Source: Camelus dromedarius (taxonomy: Eukaryota). From it: a stretch of DNA of 64,000 nt. A program made the translations under genes and the position numbers. The first letter of the stretch is position 1, and the number at the start of each line of letters is the position of its first letter. Under the pieces are notes generated by a model. It was not told where the DNA came from, did no database searches, and was given only the letters and a program-made list of their open reading frames with translations. The DNA is taken from contig NC_087444.1 of the NCBI RefSeq assembly GCF_036321535.1, positions 5,890,001-5,954,000 on the forward strand, written 5' to 3'. This document shows positions 50,114-63,550 of this stretch, piece by piece.

Positions 50114-52899
50114 CACACAAGTTTATTTTTTCTCTACTTCTCCTCCAACTTCCACTACATTTTAAAATTATTTCCTGACTAAATTAAAAACAGACAAAAA
50201 CATAGCAGAGAGCACAGGCTTAGACACATTTTTTGAGGGTTACATTTAGCTAGAGGCATATTCTGTGGCTTCTAGTTTGAATCTTTATTTACACAGCAAT
50301 TAATCAGCTATAGTATGCTTTTTATCTGAGTAAATGATCAACAACTCTTTCCAAGTACGTTAAGGAGTTTATTTCCATCTGAATTCTCCTGACAAACACT
50401 AAAATAGATAACCTTAATAAGGCACTAATGAGACCATTATAACTAGTTTTGTCTGTATTTAAAGCACAGATTTAAGATCTTCATTAATGATTAATTACTG
50501 GAAAACTCTGTTCAATCCCTTGAGTTATTTTTAAATCTTCATATACTGTAATTACATATATTCAATCATAAAACTTTCCACGATGCTGAACACAATTGAG
50601 TTTTGAGTAAGAACAGTATGTTACAAATCCTGGCTGTTTAAAAGGTTCATCTTTAAGTAGATTAATGATGTAGTGATCTTTACCCGTTTCAAGCTTTTTT
50701 TGACTGAGAAAAAGATACTTCACTACAAGCTATCTCTCTGACCAGGCTTATGGGGAAAATTTCTCTAGAATATTTAACCACCAACCAGAAAGTTCAACCA
50801 ACACCTTGAACTTTTTGATTATAAGATGTCTCTGAGATCAGATACATTGCATGTGGCCTACCACTGGTCTTTATTTTCGATTGTGTTAAAATATACAAAG
50901 TGCACTCTTCTTATCAGTTTTAAAGGAGAATAACAATTAGCAGCAACATTGTATTTGAGCTGAAATCACTGTGCAAAACTTCAACCCTGAAGTTACTGGG
51001 CAGAATTAGAAAATTAGGTCATCTTACATGTGGAATCACAAAATTAAGACAGAAAGACTTGATATTCCCTTTTAATAAATACAAAACAGTTATTTCAAAA
51101 AAAATAACTTGTAGATGACTATTTGAAATTCATAATGTCCAATTTCAGAATTAAATTCCATTTCAAGGCAAATTAGGTAGTAGTCTCCAGCAAAGCGGTG
51201 AACTTTAGAAGTGTAACTTTTTAACCTGATCAAGCCTTTCAAAACATGGTTTGCCACGGGGTTAACAAGGCTAAGGGTGAAATTCAACATTTTCAGACCC
51301 CCAGAATCTTTGCAAAATCAGGAATGCAGAAAACCAACACAGAAGTTTATAAACTATGCTAACATGCAACTAGGACAACACTGATACTCACCAGCACACT
51401 AAACTTCACCCTCTCACAAGATACCACTTTTTAATATAGTACAATTACCTCCATAGTGACTGCAAAATGGCAGTTAAAGCTTTAAAGTGTAAATCTTTGC
51501 TTTCCTGTGTTTACCAGGCTGGGCTTTAAAAAGTACTAGAGAGGACAGAGGGAGGTGGTAAGCTATTTATAAATTGGAAGGTCTTCTGCATTTATCTAGG
51601 AATATATATTGTCAATATGTGATTAAATTACTGCTCCAGTTTTCCTGGAGGATTTCTGTGTTTATTGCTTTTTTTGGTGAGACATTTATCCAGCTCTCTC
51701 AATCCCATCCTTTTTCTTGCATGAATTCACACATATTAAAATGCGAGTGTCTTGCTTGTCTGATATCTGTCATTTGCATTATTTGAGACCCTGCAGCCCC
51801 CAAATTTCTTGGTGTTGCACAATTCAGAAACGAAATTATTTAGTAATAAGATTCTAGGGATAAGACAATGTCTAATGAAACATACACACAGCAACAAGTT
51901 CACAAGCCATCTTTTCAATCTTCCTGTTGAATTTTAGGGGTAAAGTTGGAGAAAATATCTATTTTGAAGGAACCACAGACTCTAAATTATTATCATCATA
52001 GCCTGTGAATTACTATTTGATGCCCATTTTGCTCACAGGAGAATTATGCACCATAAAATTAAGGCAATCTTTACTTTAGAAGCTTATTCTTTCAAGAATA
52101 AAGTAAAGTAAAACAAACTTTACTAAAAATAAGTAAAATAAACATTAGCTCAGATATGCACATCAAACTACAAGTAATTGGGAACAATATGAACAAGGTA
52201 TATATACACATTAACAATCATAACAAAATATCCAACGAGCAATTGCTAAGTATTGCTATACGAGAAACTTCACGGGGGCAAGGAGTGACCAGTGCCAGTG
52301 ACCACAGTACCCTAGTACATAGGACTGGCACCAGTCACATGCTAGGCAAGTCCCTCCTCTCCTGAAGTTCACAGAGTAAGGAAGCCAGACAAGAAATGAG
52401 CAGCTGAATACCACATAACCACGGCAGAAATACACAGCCTGTGTGCACTCAGGAGGAGGGGGCTTCTAAAGTGGGGAGTGTAAGGAAGACACCAGACTTT
52501 GTCTTGAAGAACACATGAAAGAGTGGCTCTGATTCAGGAATGCCTCCATGTCTAAGGGAACAGGATGTTCGTAGGTCCATCAGCAAGAGAAAGCTTGACG
52601 TGATGTGGAAGCGTGAGTGCTCTGGGAATTCCTGGTAAGGCAACTTTTACCCTGGAACCCTGTACCTTTTACAAGTTCTGGTTAAAATAATGCTTCTCCC
52701 ACAAACCTTCTCTGATCTTTCCAGAGGGAAGTGATCTCTCCCTCCACGGAGCTCCTACAGAACTTCCTTTGAGTTGATCTTTTGGCATTCACCGCATTTT
52801 CCACTGCAGTACGTGGTAGAGTGAAAAGAATGGGGAAGTAAGATTCAGAAGGCAAGGGGTCTACTCTCAATACTGTCCCTCAGCAATAGTCCATCTGCC

Positions 52900-53010
52900 T
52901 TTGGATATATTGGTTAACCTGATTAAATCTGGGTAACAAAACTTACAGACGTATTTGCTACACGGGGTTATCGTGAGTGTGTGAAAGTCTTTTAGAAATT
53001 CTGACTTGCT
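52900..53010 (+). mobile_element. MIR SINE fragment
   Basis: ggggttatcgtgagtgtgtgaaagtc...tgacttgctac. Confidence 0.5.
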
Positions 53011-53229
53011 ACTTGAGTTATTTGAGTATATATCATGTATTTTCTATAAGAAAATACATTCCTTTAAAAGGGACAAGATTTAGACTCTAGGAGGGGTGAA
53101 TAGTAATTAGCCAATTATTTAGAAGCCTAAAACCTTGAAGATTTATCTCAATCACTTCTTCCCGAAAACCTTCGCTTTGGCCCCGTCCCTGCCGAGTCAG
53201 CTTCCTCGCCTCTGGATTCACAGACATGT

Positions 53230-54350
53230 GCAGTTACCACAAGGTGCCTGCCACATCACACCTTCTGACCTTCCTCCTCTCAGCTTCCTTTGTTGGCTCC
53301 TCCTACTCTTCCTGATCACAGAGTGCTCAGTCTTTGGATCTCTCCTTTCTTTGTCTGTATGCATTTCTAGTTTATCTCATCCGGTCCCCTGATTTTTAAG
53401 TATCATGCACTGTGTACAGTTTGAATGCTCTGTTTATGTATTGAGCACTTCCTTTCCCCTGAGCTTCAAAATCAAATATCCAATCAGTGACTACACATCT
53501 CCACCTGCGTTTCTAATAGACATCTTAAATCCAACACATCCAAAATGAACTACGGACCTTCCTCCCGACTCTCCAGCCATAAAGCTGTTCCTTCCCGGGA
53601 GTTCTCCATCACCTTGTTCACTCAGACGCTTGACCCAAACTACCTGGGGTCACCTATAAATTCCCTCCCTCTCATTTCCAAAACTCAACCCATCAGCCTG
53701 ACTTACTTATAAAACACACCCTGAAGGCAACCTTCCCACCCACCACTCTCTCCCTTGCCACCATACTAGTCTAGATCACCATCATCTTTTGCCAGAATTT
53801 CTGCATTAGTCGTCAAACTGATCTCCCTGTCTCCATTCTGTCTGCCATTCAGAATAGCCAATGTGACATTTGACTTTAAAATAGAAATCAGATCCCATAA
53901 CTATCCTAAAACTTGAAATAAAATCCGGAATCCGTGGAAGACCTGCATGACCTCTGGTTACCCCTTTAATCTCACGTCAGTCACCCTCCTGGTGCACCTT
54001 CCTTCACATCACACAGCCACGCTGCCGTTCCCTAGCATCCCACATCTCAGGACCTGTGCACTGTGCTTCCTGTGGGTGAAGACATGGCCTGTGCCCACAC
54101 TGCATTCAAGTCGTTCCTGACCATGCTTTCTAAAACTGTGATCAGATACCTCCCCTGCCCCTTCTCTGATCTTTCCTTTACAGAACTTATCACTAAATCG
54201 CATATTGCGTTAGGTGTCTAGTTATCTATTTATTTATCACCTGTCTCCTCCATCAGAACATTAACCTCTGTGATGGCAAAGAGCTTACCTACCTTGTTCA
54301 GTCTTCTATTCCCAAACAATTGAAAATAGCAAGACTTAATATGTATTGAA
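53230..54350 (+). mobile_element. L2 LINE (about 1.1 kb)
   Basis: cctgagcttcaaaatcaaatatccaatcagtgactacacatctccacc...catcttaaatccaacacatccaaaatgaact...aaatcagatc, with the 3' end near 54350. Confidence 0.85.
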
Positions 54351-56499
54351 TACATATTCAATTAAGAAATGTTTAATAAAATAGGAATTATAAGTGTATT
54401 TGAATAACTGATTTCAAGTAATGCACACACTTAGCATTTGGATGCATTCGGATCAAGGTCATGCTCAGCTGTTTCCTGACCCCACCAACCTTCTCTCCAC
54501 GAGTAACCGGACACTCCTGGGTAACAGCCTACCTTCTGCATTTCCTCTGTAATGCACTTTCTTCAACATGTTTTCTTCGGCAGTGCTGATCTATGTGTTT
54601 GGTTTGCAATTGTCCAGTTCACTTTACTGAACTAACTCTGACTAATGTGCCATATAAGTGTTTACTGTCACTCCTCTCATGACTCAGCCTGTTCCAGGAA
54701 ATGCAAAGATCAGAATTTTTCTTTCTCTTTGATTGTGGCTTAACATTTTTTTTTCCATATTCAGAGATGTGCTCCCCTCTGACTTGAACAAGATCTAATG
54801 ACCAGTAATGGCAATGAAAGTTCACCTGCCCAGGGACGTCAAAGCCAAAAGCAGTGCACCAGTCTATAACACAGCAGTATTCTTTGAGGTTCCAACTTCT
54901 AAAAGCTCCATTTACTACCTGACTGCCCCTTTGCCACATTACAACGCAGAGCAGGACAACCAAGAACTCCAGCAGGTGAGTGGACGGCGAAAGAGATGTG
55001 CCATTGTTGTGGATAATATGCTAGCACATGACTCAGCTGCAATAGTTAAATATTCCTCCATGCTCTTAACCCAATGGCTAGATTTAGGAAGTCACAGACC
55101 AGTGCTCCAATTATGCTGAATTACCTGGTGGTATTACTAACCCGCAAGCAGACTTCCTGCCGCTGCTCCCCTCTAAAAGTTTCAAAACTGTGTAGAAGAA
55201 GATGAGGCCAACCAAATCAGGTTAATTTGATGTGTATAATTGGAAAGAAGGCATCATTTAAGAACAAAAAAGTTTCCTCTCTTTTGGCAATGATGTGAAA
55301 AAGGCTAGAGAAATCTAAAATCCTGAATTCTGTGCAGAGAATAATTTTATTTTCCTGGCACAAGGACATTTATTAGTACTTATCAACTTTAATTATGTAT
55401 GCATGTGTGCGTGTGTACACAAACATGTGTACAAATGCATTGCACTCTTGCGAAGACAATGGCATTTTATACATTTTTTCCTTAGTTCTTGGTAGATAAT
55501 ACATTTGAGCTTATGAATGGCAAGAATTTACTTTTAAAATATGCTGACTTTCTAAGATATCAAGGCTCTTATATTGAAATTTCTCAAAGGATTGTTTTTA
55601 AGTCTACAAAACGTAGCACGTATTTTGATTAAACATTGCAAGTTCACCACATCTATACACTCCTTCCTGAAGTGACAGTAAGTAAATATTAAAAGGAAAT
55701 AAGCACAGATGCATAAAGACAAAGAGAATAAATAAGGACGGCATCTTCAGTAGAGGAGAAATTTTGGAAGACAGGAAGTGAATTGAGAAGTCGTAACTGA
55801 TTTAGTAGAAACCTATGAACACTCATGGTGTAGAACTCCTCGAAGGGCTGAGGACTGTGGAACTCAGCAGGACAGTGGGCTGCAGGGCTCACAAGGTGCT
55901 GAGAGTGGGAACATTATTTGAAGGTTGGTATGTATATAGTCAACTGCATCCCAGGTCCCCTCTCTCATTCTTTGTAGTCAGGCTCCTAATGGTCCAGTGG
56001 GAACAGAGACCTACTTTTATGGAGAAGGTGCACCAAAGTACCCCAGATATCAAAACTAGTGGGAGCCTGTGATTAGGATGATGATGAAAAGTGGGGAAAT
56101 GAAAGAACGTCTTCATGTTGAACACTGAGGCTGCCATTCACCCTCCTTCCCTTTGATACTGGAAGGCACGTGCTTCCGTGAGAGGACACTTGAGGATTCT
56201 TCTCCTAGAGAAGAGCCCTCAAGATACTCACATTTGTGAGCTCCAGTAAGAAGGACAGCTTACTATTCAATCAATCTACATTTAAACTCTATTGCTAATC
56301 AACTTCACTCACAAACTTGGAGCTTCCAATCAGCTTTTTAGTGTCTCATGCGTAAGACTGAATCAAGAAAAACAGCTCTGAATTCCCAAACATTAGAAAT
56401 GTCATTAGAAAGCCATCTCATTGGTGATAGCCTTTAGATGAGGACAGAGCTATTAGATTTCATGGTATTGCTTAATGAGAAGGCATGAACCTTGGTTCT

Positions 56500-57850
56500 A
56501 AAGCAGCTACATTACTATTCTCTTATGAACACTCGATTTACATTCATCTTTTAATTTTGTTCATGTTTTTAATATATAGAAGTTTAAAATTACATGCAAA
56601 TACATTCAATGTCTTCATTGTGATATTTTTTCATTTCTTTCATCTCTAGAGAGCTTTTCTCCATTTTGCAAATAGGGTAAATATTCACATATGATTTTTT
56701 TCTTTTTTCAATAGTTTACAGTACTTGAAGTCTTTAATCTAAAACATTTTGATGTATAGCATGAAGAAAGGATATATTTAGATTTTTTTTCAAAGAGCTA
56801 ATATATCCATTCATTATTGTTTAATAAAACATCTTTTCCCAGTTGAAGAGAGTCTTCTTTTATAATATGTTGTGTTCTTTGGAATACAGTTTCAGGGTTT
56901 CTGTGCTGTTCCTTGGTTTGACATTGATCCTTATGCCAGCAAACATTTTTAAATGATCATAATTTTGAAATTGGTTTAAGTCAGTTATATATGTCCTTTT
57001 TCACCTTTATTTTGGTTGAAAATATTACTTAGTTTTTTTTTCCTATTTGCTCTTGCTTCTGAAATTTAAAATAATTTTGTATATCTTAGAAAAAAGCTTA
57101 TTGTAATTCTATAACTGCATTAAACCTGTAACTTAAACTGAAATAATGTACTGTTTTATCATTTCTTCATATCTGTTTCTCCATGCTGTAGTTATGCTGT
57201 TTCTTCCTTTCAGTCCCATATATTCTTTGTTAAGGACGAGTATTTTATGCTTTTTTTTCCTGCTAGTGTGAATGCTAGAACGTAGGAAAGCAGCTTGTAT
57301 TTGCACGTCTCTGTACCGTGCAGGCACTGCTCCCCAAAGGGCATCGGCTTTAGAATCAGTTAGACTTGTCCTCAAATAACAATGAACCCGTACCTCTGGC
57401 ACAACTTTCCTCATTTACGAAATGATTCTTCGTAAAGGATGCTTAGCTCAGCTCCTGGTACTCAGGGGCCTTTTCACAAGAGGTAGCTGCTACGAATGAT
57501 ACCTTAGTGCCACTGTTGTCATTATACTGTCCTAAACTGTATTTAAACTCCTAGGCATATGAGCAGAGCATCTTCACATAACTAACTGTATTTTCTAAAA
57601 ATTTATATCCCTTGTTTCATGTTATATATGTTACACATAACTTTCAGAACATTAGATAACTTACGTAAATAATATTCATAATATTAAACCATCTCTGCAT
57701 TCCTGGAATATTATTCTTTGGTCAAGATGGATAATTATTTTAATGTATGACTGAATTTAATTTCCTAGGAATTAATGTACATTTAGATTCATAAATGAAA
57801 CTGACCCAAACCTTTTATTTAATCTTTTTTAAAAAATCAACTTTTAGTAT
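56500..57850 (-). mobile_element. Old L1M fragments in reverse orientation, interrupted by a MIR at about 57340-57500
   Basis: T-rich antisense L1 ORF2-like text, e.g. gatgtatagcatgaagaaaggatat and attaaaccatctctgcattcctggaat. Confidence 0.55.
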
Positions 57851-57904
57851 GCTAATTTCATAGTGACTTTTCCATTACAGAAATATTCTGGGACTATTTT
57901 TGTA

Positions 57905-58100
57905 GTACTGGTGAAGAGGAAGCACTTTACAAATGTTACCATTTATTTTATACGTGTCAGCTTAACCACCACGAAAACCCTCTGAAGTAAGCATTACTCT
58001 TATTCCTGCAAAACAGATGAGGAAACTCAGGCATATATATATTTCCCAAGGTTTCAAAATGTATTAATTAAAAAAAAAACTATGCTTGTGAGCACTATGC
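57905..58100 (-). mobile_element. MIR SINE
   Basis: gaagtaagcattactcttattcctgcaaaacagatgaggaaactcagg core. Confidence 0.75.
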
Positions 58101-58184
58101 TGCTTGCCATGACTTTCAAAAATATTATTCTCTAATTATATTACAAGACCACCATTCTTTTTGTCAGGTCCCAATTTTGAAGAT

Positions 58185-58310
58185 TCATTCATTTAGCAGT
58201 ATTTATTGAGCACCTACTGTATGCTAGCCAGTGTTCTAGCAACAGAAGACAATATCAGTGACCAAAACAGTGAAACATCTCTGCTCTTGGGAAGTTTACA
58301 TTTTAGTGAT
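58185..58310 (-). mobile_element. L2 3' end
   Basis: attcattcatttagcagtatttattgagcacctactgtatgctag. Confidence 0.8.
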
Positions 58311-58344
58311 TAGCAGCACGCCACAAACTTAATAAATAAGTGAA

Positions 58345-58600
58345 CTACTTGTGGGATGTGCCTAAAGCAACACTTAGAGGGGAATCTACAGCTTTAAGTG
58401 TGTATATTAAAAGAGAATAGTGTCTAAAGTCAATCATTTATCCATCCATTCTCTGTTCTAAGAGGAGCAAATTAAATCCAAAACAAGTAGAAGGAAAGAA
58501 ACAATAGAGGTAAGAAATAAAAAGAGAAAAATGAACAAAAGCTAGAGAAAATCAGTAAAGGTAAAAACTGGTCCTTTGAAAAGATCAACAAAATTAATAT
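58345..58600 (+). mobile_element. Old L1M ORF2 fragment (region just after the endonuclease domain)
   Basis: cctaaagcaacacttagagggg...gagcaaattaaatccaaaacaagtagaaggaaagaa...aactggtcctttgaaaagatcaacaaaatt. Confidence 0.8.
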
Positions 58601-58626
58601 TGAGCATCAATATTAATATCAATCCA

Positions 58627-58827
58627 NNNNNNNNNNNNNNNNNNNNNNNNNNNNNNNNNNNNNNNNNNNNNNNNNNNNNNNNNNNNNNNNNNNNNNNNNN
58701 NNNNNNNNNNNNNNNNNNNNNNNNNNNNNNNNNNNNNNNNNNNNNNNNNNNNNNNNNNNNNNNNNNNNNNNNNNNNNNNNNNNNNNNNNNNNNNNNNNNN
58801 NNNNNNNNNNNNNNNNNNNNNNNNNNN
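58627..58827. other. N gap (201 nt) at an L1/L1 junction
   Basis: Run of n. Confidence 0.99.
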
Positions 58828-60062
58828 TCTTTTGAATTAATGTTTGGGTTTTTTTCAGAAAATACTCAGAAGTGGAATTGCTGGATCATACAGTAGTTCT
58901 ATTTTTAATTCTTTGAGGAATCTCCGTGATGCTTTCCATACTAATNNNNNNNNNNNNNNNNNNNNNNNNNNNNNNNNNNNNNNNNNNNNNNNNNNNNNNN
59001 NNNNNNNNNNNNNNNNNNNNNNNNNNNNNNNNNNNNNNNNNNNNNNNNNNNNNNNNNNNNNNNNNNNNNNNNNNNNNNNNNNNNNNNNNNNNNNNNNNNN
59101 NNNNNNNNNNNNNNNNNNNNNNNNNNNNNNNNNNNNNNNNNNNNNNNNNNNNNNNNNNNNNNNNNNNNNNNCTTTTTGATCACATTGTTTTCTTGATGTT
59201 AAGTTGTATGAGTTCTTTGTATATTTGAATAGTAAACCCTTATCCGATATATCATTTGCAAATATCTTCTCTCATTTGGTAGGTTTTTTGTTTTGTTGCT
59301 AGTTTCCACTGCTGCACAAAAGCTTTTTGATTTGATGTAGTCTCGTTTGTTCATTTTTGCTTTTGTTGCCCTTGTCTGAGGAGATGTATCCAAAAAAATT
59401 GCTAAGACCAATGTCAATGACAGTACTGCTTATGTTTTCTTCCAGGAGTTTTATGGGTATGGGCCTTACATTTAAGTATTTAATCCATTTTGAGTTTATT
59501 TTGTATATGGTATGAGAAGTTAGTCCAGTTTGCTTCTTTTGCATGTAGCTGTCCAGTTTTCCAAACATTATTTATTGTAGAGGCTGACTTTTCCATATGT
59601 ATATTTTTGCCTCCTTTGTTGTAGATTAATTGACCATCTAAGTGTGTGTTCATTTCTGAGCTCTCTATTCAGTTCCATTGACTTGTGTCTGCTTTTGTGC
59701 CAATATCATACTGTTTTGATGACTGTGGCTTTGCAGTATAGTTTGAAATAAGGGAGTATGGTACCTCCAGCTTTGTTCTTCTTTCCCAATACTGACTTGA
59801 CTATTTGGGGTCTTTTGTGTTTCCATACAAATTATTTGTTCTACTTCTGGGAGGAATGCCATTGGTATTTTGATACAGATTACACCAAATCTGTAGATTA
59901 CCTTGAGTAGTATTGACATTTTAACAATATTAATTCTTCCAGTCCATGGGCATGGTATATCCTTCCACTTGTTTGCATTGTCTTTAATTTCTCTCATCAG
60001 TGTCTTATAGTTTTCTGAGTACAAATCTTTTAATTCCTTATTTAGATTTATTCCTATGCACT
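58828..60062 (-). mobile_element. Younger L1, ORF2 C-terminal part toward the 3' end, 5'-truncated; the 3' end is hidden in N gaps
   Basis: Minus-strand ORFs 59665-60084 ([46 protein letters not shown]) and 59299-59568 are L1 ORF2 peptides with frameshifts. Confidence 0.92.
58946..59171. other. N gap (226 nt) inside an L1
   Basis: Run of n. Confidence 0.99.
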
Positions 60063-60473
60063 TTATCTTATATGCCCTTTTCAAATTTCACTACTTCAAT
60101 AATAATTATTCTCAAGTTCTTCAAAAAGCTATTTCAACCTATATTATTTAAATTATCTAAGTCAAGAATAAAACTTAAAAAAAAAGTCTCCCATTTAGGA
60201 TAAGAAATTTTGCACACTTGAATTCCCACCCACTTACTTTTGTTATTTCTCATAAATTAATTTTTGTTAAAATAATATGGGATTTAGATGTGTTATTTCC
60301 TTTTAAATTTTTGTTAATATTTGTGGCTTCTTTTTCAGGATTAAGTCTTGACACAGTCATTTAATTTTAAAACTCAATTTCCAATAATTGTTTAGGCTGA
60401 CATATATGGTTAATACTTCAAAAGCTTAACAAGCATGCAATGCCCTTTTAATTCTTGAATTCGTAATTTAAGT

Positions 60474-60661
60474 CAATGGTTCTCATACTGTAGTGTGAGT
60501 CAGAATCACCTAGAGAGCTTGTTAAAACAGACTGCTGGGCCCCACACTTCAGAATTTCTTATTTAGTAAGTTTTGAGGTTCACCCTGAAACATTTGTGCT
60601 TCTAATAAGTTCCCAGGTGATGCTTGCTGCTGGTCCAGAAACTATAATTTGAAAACCACCC
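60474..60661 (+). mobile_element. MER5A hAT-Charlie MITE
   Basis: caatggttctca...tcagaatcacctagagagcttgttaaaacagactgctgggcccc...tctaataagttcccaggtgatg...tttgaaaaccac, near full length. Confidence 0.88.
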
Positions 60662-61887
60662 TTGTAATTTATCACTCAAGTTATTTAGTACATGTATCTT
60701 CAATACTATTTTTAAAGAATATGTTATATTTTCTGAGGCCTTGTATATCTGGGAATTTTTGCACATTAATATCAACTTGGATATGATACTACCCTTTTTC
60801 CTAAAGCCATGTGTCACTCCATTTTCTCCTCGTATTTAGTGTTGTTGAGACCATATATGTGGTTCACCTAATTTTATCCATCTATTCTTGTAATTCAAAA
60901 TATTTTGTAGAACGTGCTAGGTTAGTTTCTTTACTAATTTTTCTAGTAATCAGTGAATTCTTTCTAGTTAATTTTTTTTTATTTAGGAAAGTTTTAAAAT
61001 ATATGCCTTTCATTATGAATTAACATATGGAAAGTGCCTATTAAAGAAACTAAAATATAGCAAGTAAGCTTAGAATAGTGACTCATACACCCAAGTGCTC
61101 AGTAAATGCTAGGTATTACTACTTTTAATTATCTGCTGCCCCACCCCATCCTCCTGCTTCCATCAAGAATTCTGTATGTCCATCACTTTCTCTCTCATGC
61201 TTTTGACTTCTCTATCCTATTTCTTCACATTTTTGGAGACATTCCTAAGGCTATCCTTCACAACACTGATTCAAGTTTCCATGGTTTCAATGTTTCTCTG
61301 TCATAACAGCAAAGTGGATTTTATTTGTGTTATTATTGTATTTTGCTTTTTCACTATTTTTCCTTTTCTCGACTACTTTCCTATCCATTCTGCATCTTTT
61401 CATCGCAGTCCAACTGGGGTTGCCCCTTCTTTTTCTGTCTGCTTGGTTGAACAAATCTCCTCTTCAGGACTAAAGGTATGTGCACCAGTGATGTTCATAT
61501 TTCAAAGGCAAATTGGCAGAATCTAGCAGACCATGGGAGTCTGTGAAACTAAAGTGGGAAACTTTTCTCTCTTCCTCATTGCCTGATCTCTGATAATTTT
61601 TACAGATGGAATATATGTAAAACGACATAACTCCCAGTGAACAGATACTAGGAATCTTGGGGTCTCTAATTATACTTGCAGACCTTAGCTAATGAGGTTT
61701 AGAGCTCTTAAGTATCAGGCATTGCCTCCAGCTACTCCATGATACCCTCACAGAGAGAGATAGGAAGTTTCCATTCATTCTGGAGTCTATCCTGTGGCAC
61801 TGAGACAACAGCAATCCTGCTTGCCTTAAAGTGAGTATGAATGTGCCAAGTGCTTCTCGGCTCTGTTTTTACCTGCTCCTGGTTTAG

Positions 61888-61946
61888 AAAAAAAAACAAA
61901 AACAACAACCAAAAAAAAAAAAAAACAAACAAACAAACAAAAAAAA
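61888..61946 (+). repeat. A-rich / (AAAC)n tract
   Basis: Read directly. No recognisable retroelement head lies upstream. Confidence 0.85.
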
Positions 61947-63339
61947 CTGGACAACTTATCCAAAAGATTCTTATAAAAACAGCTCTTTTGCTACATCTAA
62001 TCATATGCACATTCTCAAAAACACCTGGCCAGAAAGTAGGAGTGGCAAAGAAGGGCCTCTAATGATATATCCCATCACCCCAAATTTAATACGCATAAGT
62101 AAAGCTCACCAAGTAGGAAGTTAGTGAAAACGGCTTGGTGATTACAGCAATCGGCTCTAAGTCAAGTCAAATTCTTGCTGTGACTTTGAATTTTTGTTAC
62201 TCCTTATGACTTCATACATTTTAGTGAGAATTTTGCAGCCCATCTGAGGATCTACTCATTTCAAATCTAAATTATTATTAGAAAGGTCAATGACTAAATT
62301 TAACCTATCAAAGACATATTGGCTCACTTCATTCTCCTTAAAACAAAACATCTCAAATTTTTACGCAAATGTATTATACCTTGTAATGGTGACATTCCCC
62401 ACATGGAGAATTTTGCTCCCTCAAAATAAGGACTGAGGGTCAGAGGTATCAGCATCCTCTGAGATTCCTGTTGAGAAAAGGCTATCTTCCTGGCCACATC
62501 TCAGGTCTATTGAATTAGATGCTCTCTGGGCCCAGGGATCGGTATATTAAGAAGCTCCTTCCGTGACTAGTACCACACTGAAGACTTCGGTAATCCCCGC
62601 TCTACTATAAACTCTTATAAAAATGGTGAAACTAAAGAAAAGTCTTTTGCAAATGATTTAGAATAATGGACAAGAAACAAACATCCAAATCCATACACAT
62701 ACGCACACACACACACACAATTATTTTTACAAAAATGTTACCATTACCCTCATCTAGTATAAACTTGCTATTAAAACAAGGGTTTAGGGAGCTAGAAAGG
62801 CTAAAGCAAAAAGATATTTCATCTACTCAAACTGTTACTGTTAGCCCCATTCATTTCCATTATGTTTTTATTTTATACTATTTAAGAGATAAATTAATAA
62901 TTCCATTTTAACACTGGACTAAAGGGAAAGACCAAATGTTTGGAACTAGTGAATAAAAATCCAGCACAGAAATAATTTGATCCATTAAACTTTTGGCTTC
63001 TGCCTTGAAAAGTAAATATGTTTCTTTGTGTTATTTCTCAGTATATTAATATGAGAAATGCATGAAGCACAGAGGTTAATAGGAATACTGAGAGGTTTAC
63101 TAGACCACTTACAGTATAATTGTGACCTGTCATTACTATGATTTTTTTTAACAGTGATTAATCGTAGTGGTATATTTATAGATAATTTTCGGTCTAAATT
63201 TTTTTGTTAAAGAAATACAAAAGTGGGTCTCTCTATATTTTCATCCTACAATGTTAAGAACATTACAGAAGCATAATAGAGAAAATTAATGCAGAATGAG
63301 CTGGGGGTAGGGAAGCTGCTGTAATACAGTGGTTAAATT

Positions 63340-63550
63340 CATAATATCCAGAGTCAGACAGCATGAGTCCCAGTAAACCTAGATACCAGCTGTGTGACAT
63401 TACAGAATTTGACTGACATTTCTGTGCCGCAGTTTCTTTTCCAGTAAAACAAGTGACTAATTGTGACCACCTGAGCAGGTTGTAATGATTAAATGACATC
63501 ACACATGAAAAGCTCTTAGCATCTGGTACAAGAAAGAACGCCTATGTTCT
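63340..63550 (+). mobile_element. MIR SINE
   Basis: ccagagtcagacagcatgagtcccag...agctgtgtgacatt...tctgtgccgcagtttcttttccagtaaaa...aatgattaaatga. Confidence 0.8.

Noticed and set aside
54619-55119. Overlapping 103-114 aa ORFs as a retroelement or transposase remnant
   Set aside because: I could not recognise any motif. It may be an ancient repeat, but this is unsupported without an HMM search.
57133-57414. Minus-strand ORF containing KADALWGAV, loosely like DPYD exon 18 (KSDGTPWPAVG)
   Set aside because: There is no TATNTVSGLMG or YGGVSG context and no proper exon boundaries, and it overlaps a MIR head. This is a chance resemblance.
61888-61946. Orphan A-rich tail as a processed pseudogene end
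   Set aside because: No mRNA-like or SINE-like sequence lies upstream and no target-site duplication was found.
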